A stretch of 64,000 nt of DNA from Lama guanicoe (taxonomy: Eukaryota), in NCBI GenBank assembly GCA_013239625.1, contig MU053881.1, positions 558,001 to 622,000 of the forward strand, given 5' to 3'. The notes beneath the pieces were generated by a model. That model was not told where the DNA came from. It was given only the letters and a program-made list of their open reading frames with translations, and did not search any database. Positions 1-12,200 of the stretch are shown in pieces. Positions within the stretch are counted from its first letter, which is position 1. The number at the start of each line of letters is the position of its first letter. Made by a program: the position numbers and the translations under genes.

Positions 1-271
1 GGGGTCGGGGTCAAGGCCAGGCTGCAGCCCTTGGGTGATGATGGGCAGTGTGCAGGGCCTCCCTGCCTGGCCTGTTCAGTAGTGCTGGTCACGGGCTCCA
101 GCCTCTGCAAGGAGTCCCATGTCCCCCACACCTGAGGGGGGTGGTGTGTGCAGCCCAGCCTGGGCTCACGGGTGTTTTGCCCCAAGCCCTTGGAGGAGAG
201 GCAGAGGCCCCGACAACCGGTGTCGACACCCCGGGTCACACCCACAGAGCCCCCGTTTGCTGCTCCCCCAG

Positions 272-3200
272 GCCAAAGAGAAGATGAAGGAGGAGTCTTG
301 GAACATCCACTTCTTCGAGTACGGGCGTGGCATGTGCATGTACCGCACGGCCAGGACGCGGGAGCTGGTGCTGAAGGGCATCCCCGAGAGCCTCCGTGGG
401 GAGCTGTGGCTCCTCTTCTCTGGTGAGCTGCCCCGGCCTCCGGCTGGGAGCCTGGCTGGCCCTCCTGCCCTGGCCAGGCAAGAGCTGTCAGCCTTTACAG
501 GGAAGAAATGGGGCTCCAGCTGTGACAGGGCTTGTGTGGGCCCATGCCAGGAGGGGCGTCCTGGGGAGCAGACACCAAGGGCGTGGCACTGTCACCGTCG
601 CCTGGCAGCGCCCTCCCACCCACAGGAGGAGGCCTTCTCCCCTTGGGACAGGCTCTGACAGCATTCACGCCCTTGGCTGCTTGGAGGGTTTCAGGAGGAG
701 GGCACGTCAGCTGCTCATACTTGGGTGGAGTGACTCCTCCCAGGACAGTCACCAGGGAAACTGCCTGGCACCTTGTCACTTGGCCCCAAAGTGCCGTTTC
801 TCTGCAGTGCATTGACGTCTCCACCCTGCCGTCATCGCCCTCAAAGTCCCGCGAGGGCAGTGAGTGGGAAACAGCTACCAGCTGTGTCTCCACAGGGGCC
901 TGGAACGAGATGGTGACTCACCCCGGCTACTACGCTGAGCTGGTGGAGAAGTCCACGGGGAAGTACAGCCTGGCCACGGAGGAGATCGAGCGGGACCTGC
1001 ACCGCTCCATGCCTGAGCACCCCGCCTTCCAGAACGAGCTCGGGATCGCCGCACTCCGGCGGGTGCTGACTGCCTACGCATTCCGAAACCCCACCATCGG
1101 CTACTGCCAGGTACGCGGGGCTTAGCGGGGTCCAGAGGCAGCATCTCCCACCAGAGATGTGCAGGAGCAGCTCCCCCAGCCCTGGGTCTGAATGATGACC
1201 TCACACACCTGAGCTGTGCCCTGCTCCCCAGGAACGTCCTGACCACAGAAAAAGATGAAGTTACAAGCAACGTTAATTGCTCACCTCATCCCCGTGCCAC
1301 AATCTAAGTTGTCATTTGTGTGCTTCTGGTCTCGGTCCTGAGGCATTTCATTGTGTTGTGCATGGTAAAATACATGCAGCATAAAACTTAGCATCTTAAT
1401 CATGTTAAGTGTGCAGTTCAGTAGCACCAGGCGTGTCATTGCACCGCCATCCCCACCGTCCATCTCCAGAACCCTTTTCATCTTTCAAAACAGAAATTGT
1501 ACCCATTAAACAGCTCCTCTGGTTACCTGTGGCAACCACCGTTATCCTTTCTGTCTCTGTGATTTTGACTGCTCTAAGGACCTCATAAAAGTGGAATCAT
1601 GCAGCATTTATCTTTTTTGTGACTGGCTTCTTTCATTGGCATAATGTCCTCAAGCCTCATCCGTGTTGTAGTCTGTGTCAAAATGTCCTTTTACGGCTGA
1701 ATAATATTCCATTGTATGTATACACCACGTTTTGTTTAGCCATTCATCGATGGCCACAGGTTGCTTCCACATTTTGGCTGTTGTGACTAACACTGCTGTG
1801 AGCATGGGTGTACAAAATCTGTTCCAAACCCTGTTTTCGGTTCTTTCGGGCGTATACCCAAAAGTGGAATTGCTGGATCATATGGTAAATTATATTTAAT
1901 TTTTTGAGGAATTATCAACATTTTCCACAAGAGCTGTACCATTTTACATTTCCACCCACAATGCGTAAGAGTTCTGATTTCTCCCCACCCTCACCAGCAT
2001 TTTTTATTTTCTGTTTTTTTGATGATCACCCTAATGGTATGAGGTGGCATCTCCTTGTGGTTTCGATCTGTGTTTCTAGGGGCATTTGATTTTAAATCTA
2101 GTGGGCATTTTCCTGGCCAGGTCAGGTGATTGTTTCCCTTCGACTGCATCCGGATTTCAGGGAAATCACCATCTGTAGGACAAATTACCAGTGTGTGGAA
2201 AATCAGTGTGCTGGCTATAAATAATTTTTAAGATAATTTGCCACCATTGAAGCTTTTTCTTACAAGCCTTGACATCAGCCCAGGCTGTGCATGGCCCCTG
2301 GTTGGCCATGGCCTCCCTGCGGCATGTGGCCGCCACCTGCAGCTCCGCACACATCCTCCTGGCCCTGTGCCGCACCCGCGCCGCCAGACACCACTTAAAA
2401 GAAGTGCCTCGCCTTCTCGGGCGTCTGCGTGCCTGCCGGCCCAATTTGCAGAACCTGGCTGGCCGTTTTGGTCAAATTGATTTCCTGCAAATTGCCTCTT
2501 GGCAGGTTGCCTGGAGTTGGACCGGGCAGTTTTTGTCGCCAGGCTTGCTTGTAGTGCAAGGCTGCACGGGCCCCTTGGGAAGGGACAGCTCCTCTCACCA
2601 CCTCTGTGCCCACAGGCCATGAACATCGTCACCTCGGTGCTCCTGCTCTATGGCAGCGAGGAGGAGGCCTTCTGGCTGCTGGTGGCCCTCTGTGAGCGGA
2701 TGCTGCCCGACTACTACAACACCAGGGTGGTGGGTGAGTGCCCGAGGCCGGCGGCCCCCCGTGGGGGCAGCGGGCCTCCCTGGGCCCAGCCTGCGCTGGG
2801 CATGCCCCGCAGGAGAGCGTCTGGAGGCCCCGCAGCCTTGCAGCAGGCGGCAGACAGCCACGGTCCCCACCCTGCAGGCCAGGGAGCTGGACCTCACACG
2901 GCCAGAAAGTGGAGAGCCAGACCCAGGCCCCTGCCAGCCTGCCCAGACTTGATGCTGGTTCCCTGGGAGTTGCTGCCAGCGAGAGGGGATGGTACACATT
3001 CAGCAGTTTTCACAAGTTAGCTTGGGGCCTAAATCCACAGCCACCTAACTCTCCTTAAACATTTTTTTAAACAGGACTTTTTTGTGTGGGGGAGAAGGTA
3101 ATTAAGTTTATTTACTTATTTATTTATTTATATATTTATTGATTGATTGATGGCAGTACTGGGGATTGAACCCAGGACCTTGTGCATGCTAGACATGCAC

Positions 3201-6200
3201 TCTACCACTGAGCTATACCCTCCCCGCTCTTGAAACATTTTTATTGTAGAAAATTTCCAACATCACAGCTAGAACATGCAGTACACCCCTTATCAACTGT
3301 TAAGAACTTACGGCAAGTTGAACCTGTGTGGTTAGATGGAAATACATTTGCAACATTTAATTACATACACAGTTACGTCTGTTAGTGTAAAATGTCCTTC
3401 CCCTACAGTTTTTTTTGGGGGGGTTTCTACTCTTGGGGTCCTTTGGAATTACATCTGTTTGCAAGCTTCAGGTCAGGGCACACACAAGCTACTGACGCCG
3501 CTGTTTGCTTCTGATGCCCTAGAGAGACATGAGTATGTCCCAGAAAGAAAACCCAGGGATAGTGGAAGAAATTGTTCTTTTTACACAATGGTTTGGAAAC
3601 TGTAAAAAGGAAACTTACAGGGTTTTTTTCTTTCTTGTTTTCTCCACCCCACCTGCCCCCTCCAGCCCTCCGTTGTAAGCAGAGCTGACCGGGAACGGGG
3701 TCAGCTTCCTGCACCCTCAGACCCTGGGCTCCCACACGAGAGCCTGCCTAAGCCAAGGGTGTGAGTTCACCATTCAGACTCCTTCGTCCTCTCCGTAGGG
3801 GCCCTGGTGGACCAAGGCATCTTTAAAGAGCTCACAAGAGACTTTCTGCCCCAGCTCTCCGAGAAGATGCAGGACCTGGGGGTGATTTCCAGCATCTCAC
3901 TCTCCTGGTTCCTGACCCTCTTCCTCAGTGTCATGCCCTTCGAGAGTGCCGTGGTCATTGTTGACTGCTTCTTCTATGAGGGCATCAAGGTGATCCTGCA
4001 GGTGGCCTTGGCTGTCCTGGATGCCAACATGGAGCAGCTGCTGGGCTGCAGCGACGAGGGCGAGGCCATGACCGTTCTGGGCAGGTGACCGAGCCGGCCT
4101 CCTTCCTCCTGCAGGGGAGCTGGCCAACGCTCCCACGGACGGCAGGGCCTGACCCCACCCCACACATTCCTCAGTCCTGGGACTGTGCCCACCAGGTGCC
4201 CAGACAGGGCTAGACCTGGGGACACACCAGGGGGCAGGAGAGAGCCTCCTTCCTGGTAGGCACTGGAGTGGTAGCAAGTGCTAGGAGAAAGGTCTGGGCC
4301 AGAGCACACGGGCCTGGAGGGCCTGGTGGGCAGGAGGTGACTGGGACAGCAGGGCCTCCCGCCTCTAGTGAAGGCCGGTGTCTGTTATCCCACAGAACAG
4401 TCTGGCCGTGCCTTCCCCAGCTCAGCAGCCTCGCTCCCTGGATGGGGGGCCTGTGCTGGCCTTGCTGTAGCAGCGGCGTGATACCCGGCCAACCACACCT
4501 AAGCCCAGGGCCCTCCTGTCTGCCTCCTCCTTCCTCAGTCCCACAGCCCATCCTCAGACTCTCTCTGAAGTCCAGCCCCTTCCCTCAGCCCCCTCAGCCT
4601 CAGGGCAGGCCTGTGACACCCCTGCCCCCGGCCCCGGGCCCCAGGCCTGCTTTCTCATGGTTTTCCTCACCCACTAGCATCTCAAGGGTCTTTCTGATCA
4701 GAATCTGACCGTGTTCCTCCCTTGGGACATGAGGACTCCCTGTGCTGCTGGTGGTTCTCTGAGCAGAGGATCTGAGACCCCCAGCCTGGGCTTCAAGGCC
4801 CTTACATCCAGGCGCCCTACCAGGGGGTCCTCCCTCTGGCCCAGGCCCTGAGCTCTGTAGTCCTGCTAGCGCATGTGCATGTATTTGCCCAGCCTGGAAT
4901 GCCCAGCCACCCGGCACAGCCAGGGACGCTGCCCCCTGCCTCCTGAGCCAGCCCAGTGCTTGCTGACTGGGAACCTACAAAGGTCTTCGGCTGGCAGAGT
5001 TGCTGCCTCCCTGCTGTGGACCTTACTAGCTCTCTGTCCTCAGTGATGACAAGACACCACCTGTGGCCAGAGTCTGCAAGCGTTTTCATGCCCGCGTCCT
5101 ACACCAGGCAGATGGGGCCCCTCCTCAGGAGCAAGGAAGGCCTGACCTGGGAGGGGACCTGGGCCAGGGGGTATCGGGGCACCAACCGCTGCCTCCCACC
5201 TGGGTGTTGAGCCCAGCCAGAGAGCCTGGGAGAACGTAGGGTCCTGGCTGCACTGGTCCAGCCAAAGTCAGGCCCTATCCTGAGGCTGTGCTCCCATGAA
5301 CACCCCCACAGCTGGGCTTCTCCCTCGCCTTCCTCCTGGGACACTCCTTTGGTCCCCGATTCTCCCAGCCGGGGCAGGGAGTCCTCACAGCCCCAGTGGC
5401 CCACCAGGTGGAGGGAGTGTGTCATCTGTCCAGCTGGGACAGACCTGGTGTGGTGGGGTCTGGGCCTATAAAGGATCCCCACCTTGGGGCCCCCCAAGGG
5501 TAGCCTGGCTTCCTCAGAGTTAGTGCTGAAGCCTCTTAGGGGGCAGGGCCTTCTCTCCACTGCCTTCAGGGGCACCCCTGGTTTGCCAGGGCACCCCTCT
5601 CCCCTCTTCACTGCAGTCAGTGTCTCACACCCTGCCCTCCTGGAGGATGTCCAGCCCTCACCAAGTTTGCTCGTTAATTGGGAGTCTAGGCAAATTGGGT
5701 CCCTCCGCATCGTTCAGCTGTGGGTAAGACACCCACGTCGCCTGTGGGTGGCCTAGACTTCTGTCCTTTAATCCTTACAGATACCTGGACAACGTTGTCA
5801 ACAAGCAGAGTGTTTCTCCCCCTATCCCACACCTCCATGCCCTGCTGACCAGTGGCGATGCCCCTCCTGAAGAGGTGGACATCTTCGACCTCCTGAAGGT
5901 GTCGTATGAGGTCAGGACTTACCAGGGCTGTTTGGCCATGCGCGCCATCGGTCGTGTGGGTGCAGGTGGCCGTGGTGGGGAGCTGTCCTCTGCTCTGTGG
6001 TCCCATCTTACCTCACTGGGTCACTTCTGGTGGTAGAAATTCAGCAGCCTGAGAGCCGAGGACATTGAGCAGATGCGGTTTAAGCAGAGGCTGAAGGTGA
6101 TCCAGTCCTTGGAAGATACGGCCAAGAGGAGCGTGGTACGGACGGGCCAGGGCCCCAGGGTGCAGCTGGGGCTGGGGCCAGGGTGGCGACCCAAGTGGGC

Positions 6201-9200
6201 TGCTTCCTGCTGTGCTGTCTTCAGACCTCTCTGCATGGGGAGGGGGTGCAGAGCCCCCAGCACTGCCTTGTGTGGGACTGGAGTCCAGGAGTGAAGGCAC
6301 AAAGTCGGGGGAGTGGGGAGAGGCCTGGTCACTATTGCCTGCTCTTAGATTGGTCACAGGGAAGCTGCTCAGATGCCCCGAGGCCTATAAGCCAAGCATG
6401 ATCCTGCTCTGGGCTGAGCCCTAGGGCCTGGCTTTGCCCCTGCCCCTGGGTAGCGGCACTCAGGCACCCAGCCCTCTGTCCACCCAGCCCACAGACCTCT
6501 GCTGCAAGGCTTCACCCTCCCGACTCCATAGGAAGAAGTTCCTGGGAAGTTCTGGGATGCCTCCCAGAGAGCTGGTGCTGGGGTCTTTCCAGGGATCCAG
6601 ATAGCATCTCTAGGTCACCGCCCTGCGCCCTGTGTCCCTGACTAGTTGTTCAGGACAGAGAAGTCTCCCCGTGCCCACGAGGAAGGAGCTCAGGGAGTGT
6701 GAACGGCATGTCAGGGTGGGTGATAGAGGGTAAACGTGTGAACCACACCTTCTTCCCTGAGTGGACCACCTCGTGTGATCAGCCAGCTGGCGGCACCAAG
6801 AGGGTGGTTTGTATCTTTGCCCTCATCCTTGTGGGGATTTTCTCAAACAACAGGAACTTGAGAATCCATCAGTACATTATGCTTCTCTTTCCTTCTAGGT
6901 CCGAGCTATACCTGGAGACATTGGCTTCTCAATTGAAGAGCTGGAGGACCTTTACATGGTGTTTAAGGTGACAACCAAGAGCAAGGGCAGGGCCAGTAGG
7001 ACCCCATCCTAGTCCCCTAAATGTAATCTCAGCACAGCAGCCTTCTGCCAGGAGAGCACTAGATTTAAAAGCATCCTTTGATGCAGTGACCACAAACCTC
7101 ACATGGTAGATTTAGTCCTCCTTGGAGTTTAGGCCGACACTCGTTTAAGGGGAAGAAAATCCACTCAAGTAAACTTATACAAGAAGGAATGTATTGGTTC
7201 ATGTAACTGAAAAGTGTAGGAATATACAGCTTCAGGCATGGCTGGATCCAGGTGTTCCAACATGCCGTCAGGCTCCCCTATCTCAGGTATCATCTAGACT
7301 GCCCTTCCTACAGCGTGGCAAGAGAGATTGTCAGCAGCTCCAGGGACATCCAGTCCTCCCAATAACCAAATGAAAAGAGAATTTTTCTTTCCAAATGGTC
7401 TTAGCAAAAAGCCCAGGGGTTGATTTTTGTACTGACTCAGGTTAGGTGCTTTAGGAGGCTGTTTTCTGCTGACCCAAAACTGGGCCATGTGCCCACCCCA
7501 TGACTTGAGGTGAGACAGGAGAGGCTCTCCAAGAAAAGTTCAGGTGCTGTTGACAGGAGGAGGGGAAAAGGGAGGGAGAGCAGGCAGAAGCAACCTCATC
7601 TACACTGTCTTTCTGCTCTCATCAGATCCCATCTGCCCTCCGGCTGCCTCTGGTTCAGCCCCTAAGGTGGCCACTCTGCTGTGGCCTCAGGGTCAGAGCA
7701 GTCAAGCCAGCACCTGGCTGTGACCTCCCCTGCTGTGGGCCCTCTCACCCGCTGTGGCTCGCTGTGGCTGGCGGCCCGCAGGCTCTGTCTCAACTCCCAC
7801 GTCTGTAAACAAGGGTTGATGGTACCAGTGCAGGAGGTTCTGTGAGATGCTGTGTCTGGGCCAGTGCTTGATGTCCGAGACTCTGCCAATTCAGATGGAG
7901 GAGGGGGGTGGACACACCCACCAGCCTGCTGATCCTGAGCACCCAGGGGCCAGGAGGCCAGGCTGTCTCACCGGGCTGTGCCCCCTGCAGGCCAAGCACC
8001 TGGCGAGCCAGTACTGGGGACGCAGCCGCCCCGCAGCGGCGCGTCGGGACCCCAGCCTGCCCTACCTGGAGCAGTACCGCATCGACGCAAACCAGTTCCG
8101 GGAGCTCTTCGCCAGCCTGACGCCCTGGGTCTGCGGCTCCCACACAGCCGTGCTGGCGGGGCGCATGTTTCGGCTCCTGGACGAAAATAAGGACTCACTG
8201 ATCAACTTCAAGGAGTTCGTGACAGGGATGAGTGAGTGGCTCTGGGCCTGCAGGCGCCCGTCCATGCCTGTGCCCTTTCTGAAGACGCTGACTGACTCCC
8301 TGGATGCCAGGCCATCCAGTCTTCCCCCTGCAGCAAGCCGAGGGCAGCCCGGGGCCCCTGACCCTTGATGAAGGAAGGGCAGTCTTCCCAGTGGAGACAC
8401 GTGGGGGTCCAGTGGGAGCCCCCCTTCCCTCCCTCAGATCGGGGCTGCTAGAGGTGGGTCTGCAGGCCCCAGAGAAGGGGAGGTGGGAGGCCTGGTGCCC
8501 ACTCCCAGTGGCCTCTCCAGGAGGGAGTCAGGCAGTGAGGAGGGTTCCACCAGAACCCACTGGAAGGAGAGGAATTCGACTGTGGCCTGGCCGTGGGACG
8601 CGTGAGCATGCCTCCTCGCTGGCCTTCCTCCACAGGTGGCATGTACCACGGGGACCTGACAGAGAAGCTCAAGGTGCTCTACAAACTGCACTTGCCTCCA
8701 GGTGAGAGCCTCCCCTCCCCGTCCCCAGCAAGGGCTCCTCATGTCCAGAGCTGGGGCTGCAGCGTGCCATGGTGCAGGCACAGGCCTCCTGGGGGTGCTG
8801 GGCCTCGTGGCAGCTGGGGGGCCAGGCATGGAGGGGGCTCTCCGGTCCTGACGGAGAGCAGGGAGCAGCTGGAGCGCCGGGGCAGAGGCCCAGCCCAGTC
8901 TTGGTCTGAGAGCAGGGCCATGACCTGCATGACCTGGGAGGGGGTGTGTGGGCATCTCAGGGAGGACCCCGCCCATGGGCAAGGGTACAGATGGAGCGGG
9001 GGACCGCTGGACTGCAAATCCATGAGGCAGGTCACAGGAGTGGAGATTCAGGTTTTGACGCTAAGACCCCTTGTGTTCATTAGCTGGTCCTTAAGTCTCT
9101 CAAGGGTTCCTGCTTATCACCAGTCAGGCAGCCGGGGGGCAGCACCCAGGCCCGAGGGGCGGCCGGGGAGCCCTGTCGTGTGGCTCCTCCTCGCTGCTTC

Positions 9201-12200
9201 GCTGTCCGTGCCTGTGCCTGCCGGGACACAGACGGGGGCTGGCCTACGGCAGCTGGTCCAAAAGCAGGCCGAGCCCACCTGCTCAGGGGTCGCCACTCAG
9301 AGTTCTCCCAGAGGGGTTCCTGCTTTTCGCAGGAGAGAGCTGGGGCTCAGGCAGGTGAAAATTCTGGCCCCAGAGAGGGGCCGCCCCGAGTCCCTGCTGC
9401 TTCTGAGCTGCCACCAAGGAGTCAGCAGTGCCTCGGAGGTGGCCTTAGTGATCCTTCATCCGGGTGCTGACTTAACTGGCCTGAGGCCGGGCCCAGACTA
9501 TAGTTTTAAAGGTGCCCACAGGGTTGTTCTGTGCATTCAGCGTGGGAGAGTCCTGCTCTCAGCTGCAGCTGGTTTTCCCCTGTAATGTGACGAGGAGCAG
9601 GGCCTCTTCAAGGGAAGACTGGGACTGGCCACCTCTGATTCTGCTGAGAGAGGGGCCTGGGCTGGCAGACCCCACTGGGCCGACAGCCCGTGGGTGAGGC
9701 ACGTGGAGTCTCCATCAAGGGCTCTGGTGGTGGCCCACGCCTGCCACCTTGCCCTGTGCCACGCCTGTTAAACCTCTCTGACTCCCCCTCCTCCACATGA
9801 CGGGCTAAGCCCCTTGCATAGAACCTCATGGATCTGAGTCCCCAGGGACTACTTCCTCACAAAATGAGGCAAGCCAGTGTGCACGGGGTGGAACAGTGCC
9901 CCAGGTATGCAGGGTGAGAGCAGGGAACAGGCTCGTCCCCGCGCACGTGCCTGCAGGAGCATAGAACACCCAAAAGGATCCACACCACCATCGGGGCTGG
10001 AGAAAGGATGGCCGTTCACCTGACTCCCAGTTGCACTGCCTGGATTTTTATTTGGGACGTGTATTACGTTACATTTCAAACACGAGTCAGCCAGAATCAA
10101 TCGTCACTGTTGGCACCATGGCCACGCAGCTTATCGACAGGGCTGGGAGCGGTGGGCCACACGGTGGGCGTGGTGGGGAGGCCTTTGTCTAGGACTTGGG
10201 GAGTTTCGCTTTGGTGAGACTCACTTGTTCCCTCCTGCCCTCACCCTCCTTTCTCTCTGAGCACAGCCCTGAGCCCAGAGGAGGCCGAGTCAGCCCTGGA
10301 AGCAACCCATTATTTCACTGAGGACAGCTCCTCAGAAGGTGAGCACTCCTTGTGCCGCTGGCCTCGGGCTCTGTCGCCACGCAGTGGCCTGCGGCCCTGC
10401 TGGGCTGGGGGAACGTGCTGCCGCCGTGGAAAGCTGCAGAGCGACGGCCAAGGGGCGCTGCCTCGCTCCCTGGGGCCAGGCCCTCGGGGCTGTTCTCACT
10501 CCTGTTTCTCTTTTCTCTGCCTTCCTGGACCCTGGCTTCTCCCTCCCTCTGCCTCCGCTCCTCCTCCGCTGTCTCTTCCAGCATCTCCTCTGGCCTCCGA
10601 TCTGGATCTTTTGCTGCCCTGGGAGGCTCAAGGTCAGTGCCTGGGGGGCAGGGGCGCCCCCTTTGCACTTGGCTTCCCCAGGGCCTTGCATTTAGTCTTC
10701 CAAACACTCCCTGGCACCATCAGGAGGCCTGGAAGCTCTTGGTCCAAGAGACGCCTCCTGTGTGGCTCAGTCCCAGGGAGGACCCAGAGCCAGCCGTGGG
10801 TGGGGGGCGGAGAGAGGGGTGGCAGCTTGGCCTGTTGTGGGCGCAGCAGATGGGGACACACAGCACAGTGGGCGTTGCACAGGTACCAGGGCTTCAGCTC
10901 CCCGCCACATGCAAAAAAAAAAAAAGGTATCCTGTCATCACGTTCATAGGAAAAACCACGAAATGCTATCATTGCAAAGCTGTCATTGTGAAACAGACAA
11001 AGCACCGATGATTGGAAGTGGAGAGAGTAATGGATGCTTTCCTTGGAAACAGTTTCATGTTCCACACAACTTTTTACATGTGTTAGTGCCTATTAGAAGC
11101 CATTCCTGTGCTACATTTAAAGCTCTGTGGGAGTACTGGATCCCAGGTGACGGGGCATTCTGGGCCTGGGATTTGACAATGAAGCTGGTGACCAAAACTC
11201 TCCTACAGTTTCTCATGGGAGATAGATCACACAGGCCAAAGGTAATTCACACCCAAAAGGGAAATGTAAAGCGGTGTGTATCGAGATACCCAGAGCACAC
11301 AGGGAAGTATGTTCGCTATCTTGCAGCAGCTCACAGTGAAAAAGAATATGAACATGAATATATGTGTATTCACGTATGACTGAAGCATTGTGTTGCACAC
11401 CAGAAATTGACACATTGTAAACTGGCTATAACTCAATTAAAAAAAAAGAGAAAGATACCCAGAGCAGTCCCGTTGACAGTGTCAAAGGCTTACTTGACTG
11501 TGAAGCTTGAGGTCTTTGAGTTCCAGTGCACAAACTAAAGAAGCAGATGAACCTTGGAACCTGAAAATCAAAGATGATTTTGGCTTTTCGCAGGCACGTC
11601 CAGGAGAAGCCAGGGACTTGGGCACAGAGCCCTGTCCCCAGACCTCACGAGCCTCCAGGCAGTGGTCTGCTGCCTGGTGAGAGGCCTGAGCCCAGAGAGC
11701 TGTGCCCTTCCCGGCCACCATGTGGCTGGCAGGGCCATTTAGAGCTGGGACGTTGCCACCCCCCTAGTCACACCCCCTTGGGGGACAGGTCTGGGAGAGC
11801 TGGGCAGCCTCTTCTCCCCAGGCTCACTGCCGACCCAGGAAGCACAGTGTGTGCGGACTCCAGCAAGTTTGTTACTTTAAGAAATTCAGTGCGGAGCACA
11901 GGATTCACGTACATAAAAGTCCTCATCAGCTGGTGTGGCAGTTGCGGGTTGAATTGGTAATTCAATTCAATTCAATTAGTCTCGAACTTTTGGCCGTACA
12001 TGCATCACAGTTCACTTAAAAACTGTGTAGTGTGACTTGTATTCCTTCAGAAGAGAGGACATGAGGGTCGGTAGCTCTCTGGCTTAACGTACCCAGGTGG
12101 GGAGAGCCAGCCCTGCTGGGGGCCAGAGAAGCAGCAGCGCGCAGGACCCGCTGGCCCAGGGGCCAGGGTGGGGCTGCTCCTGCAGGGGAGCACAGACTAG

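Noticed and set aside
8593..9585. 330-aa ORF
   Set aside because: Contains only the 66-nt TBC1D9B exon 8636-8701; the rest is GC-rich intron read-through with no recognisable domain.
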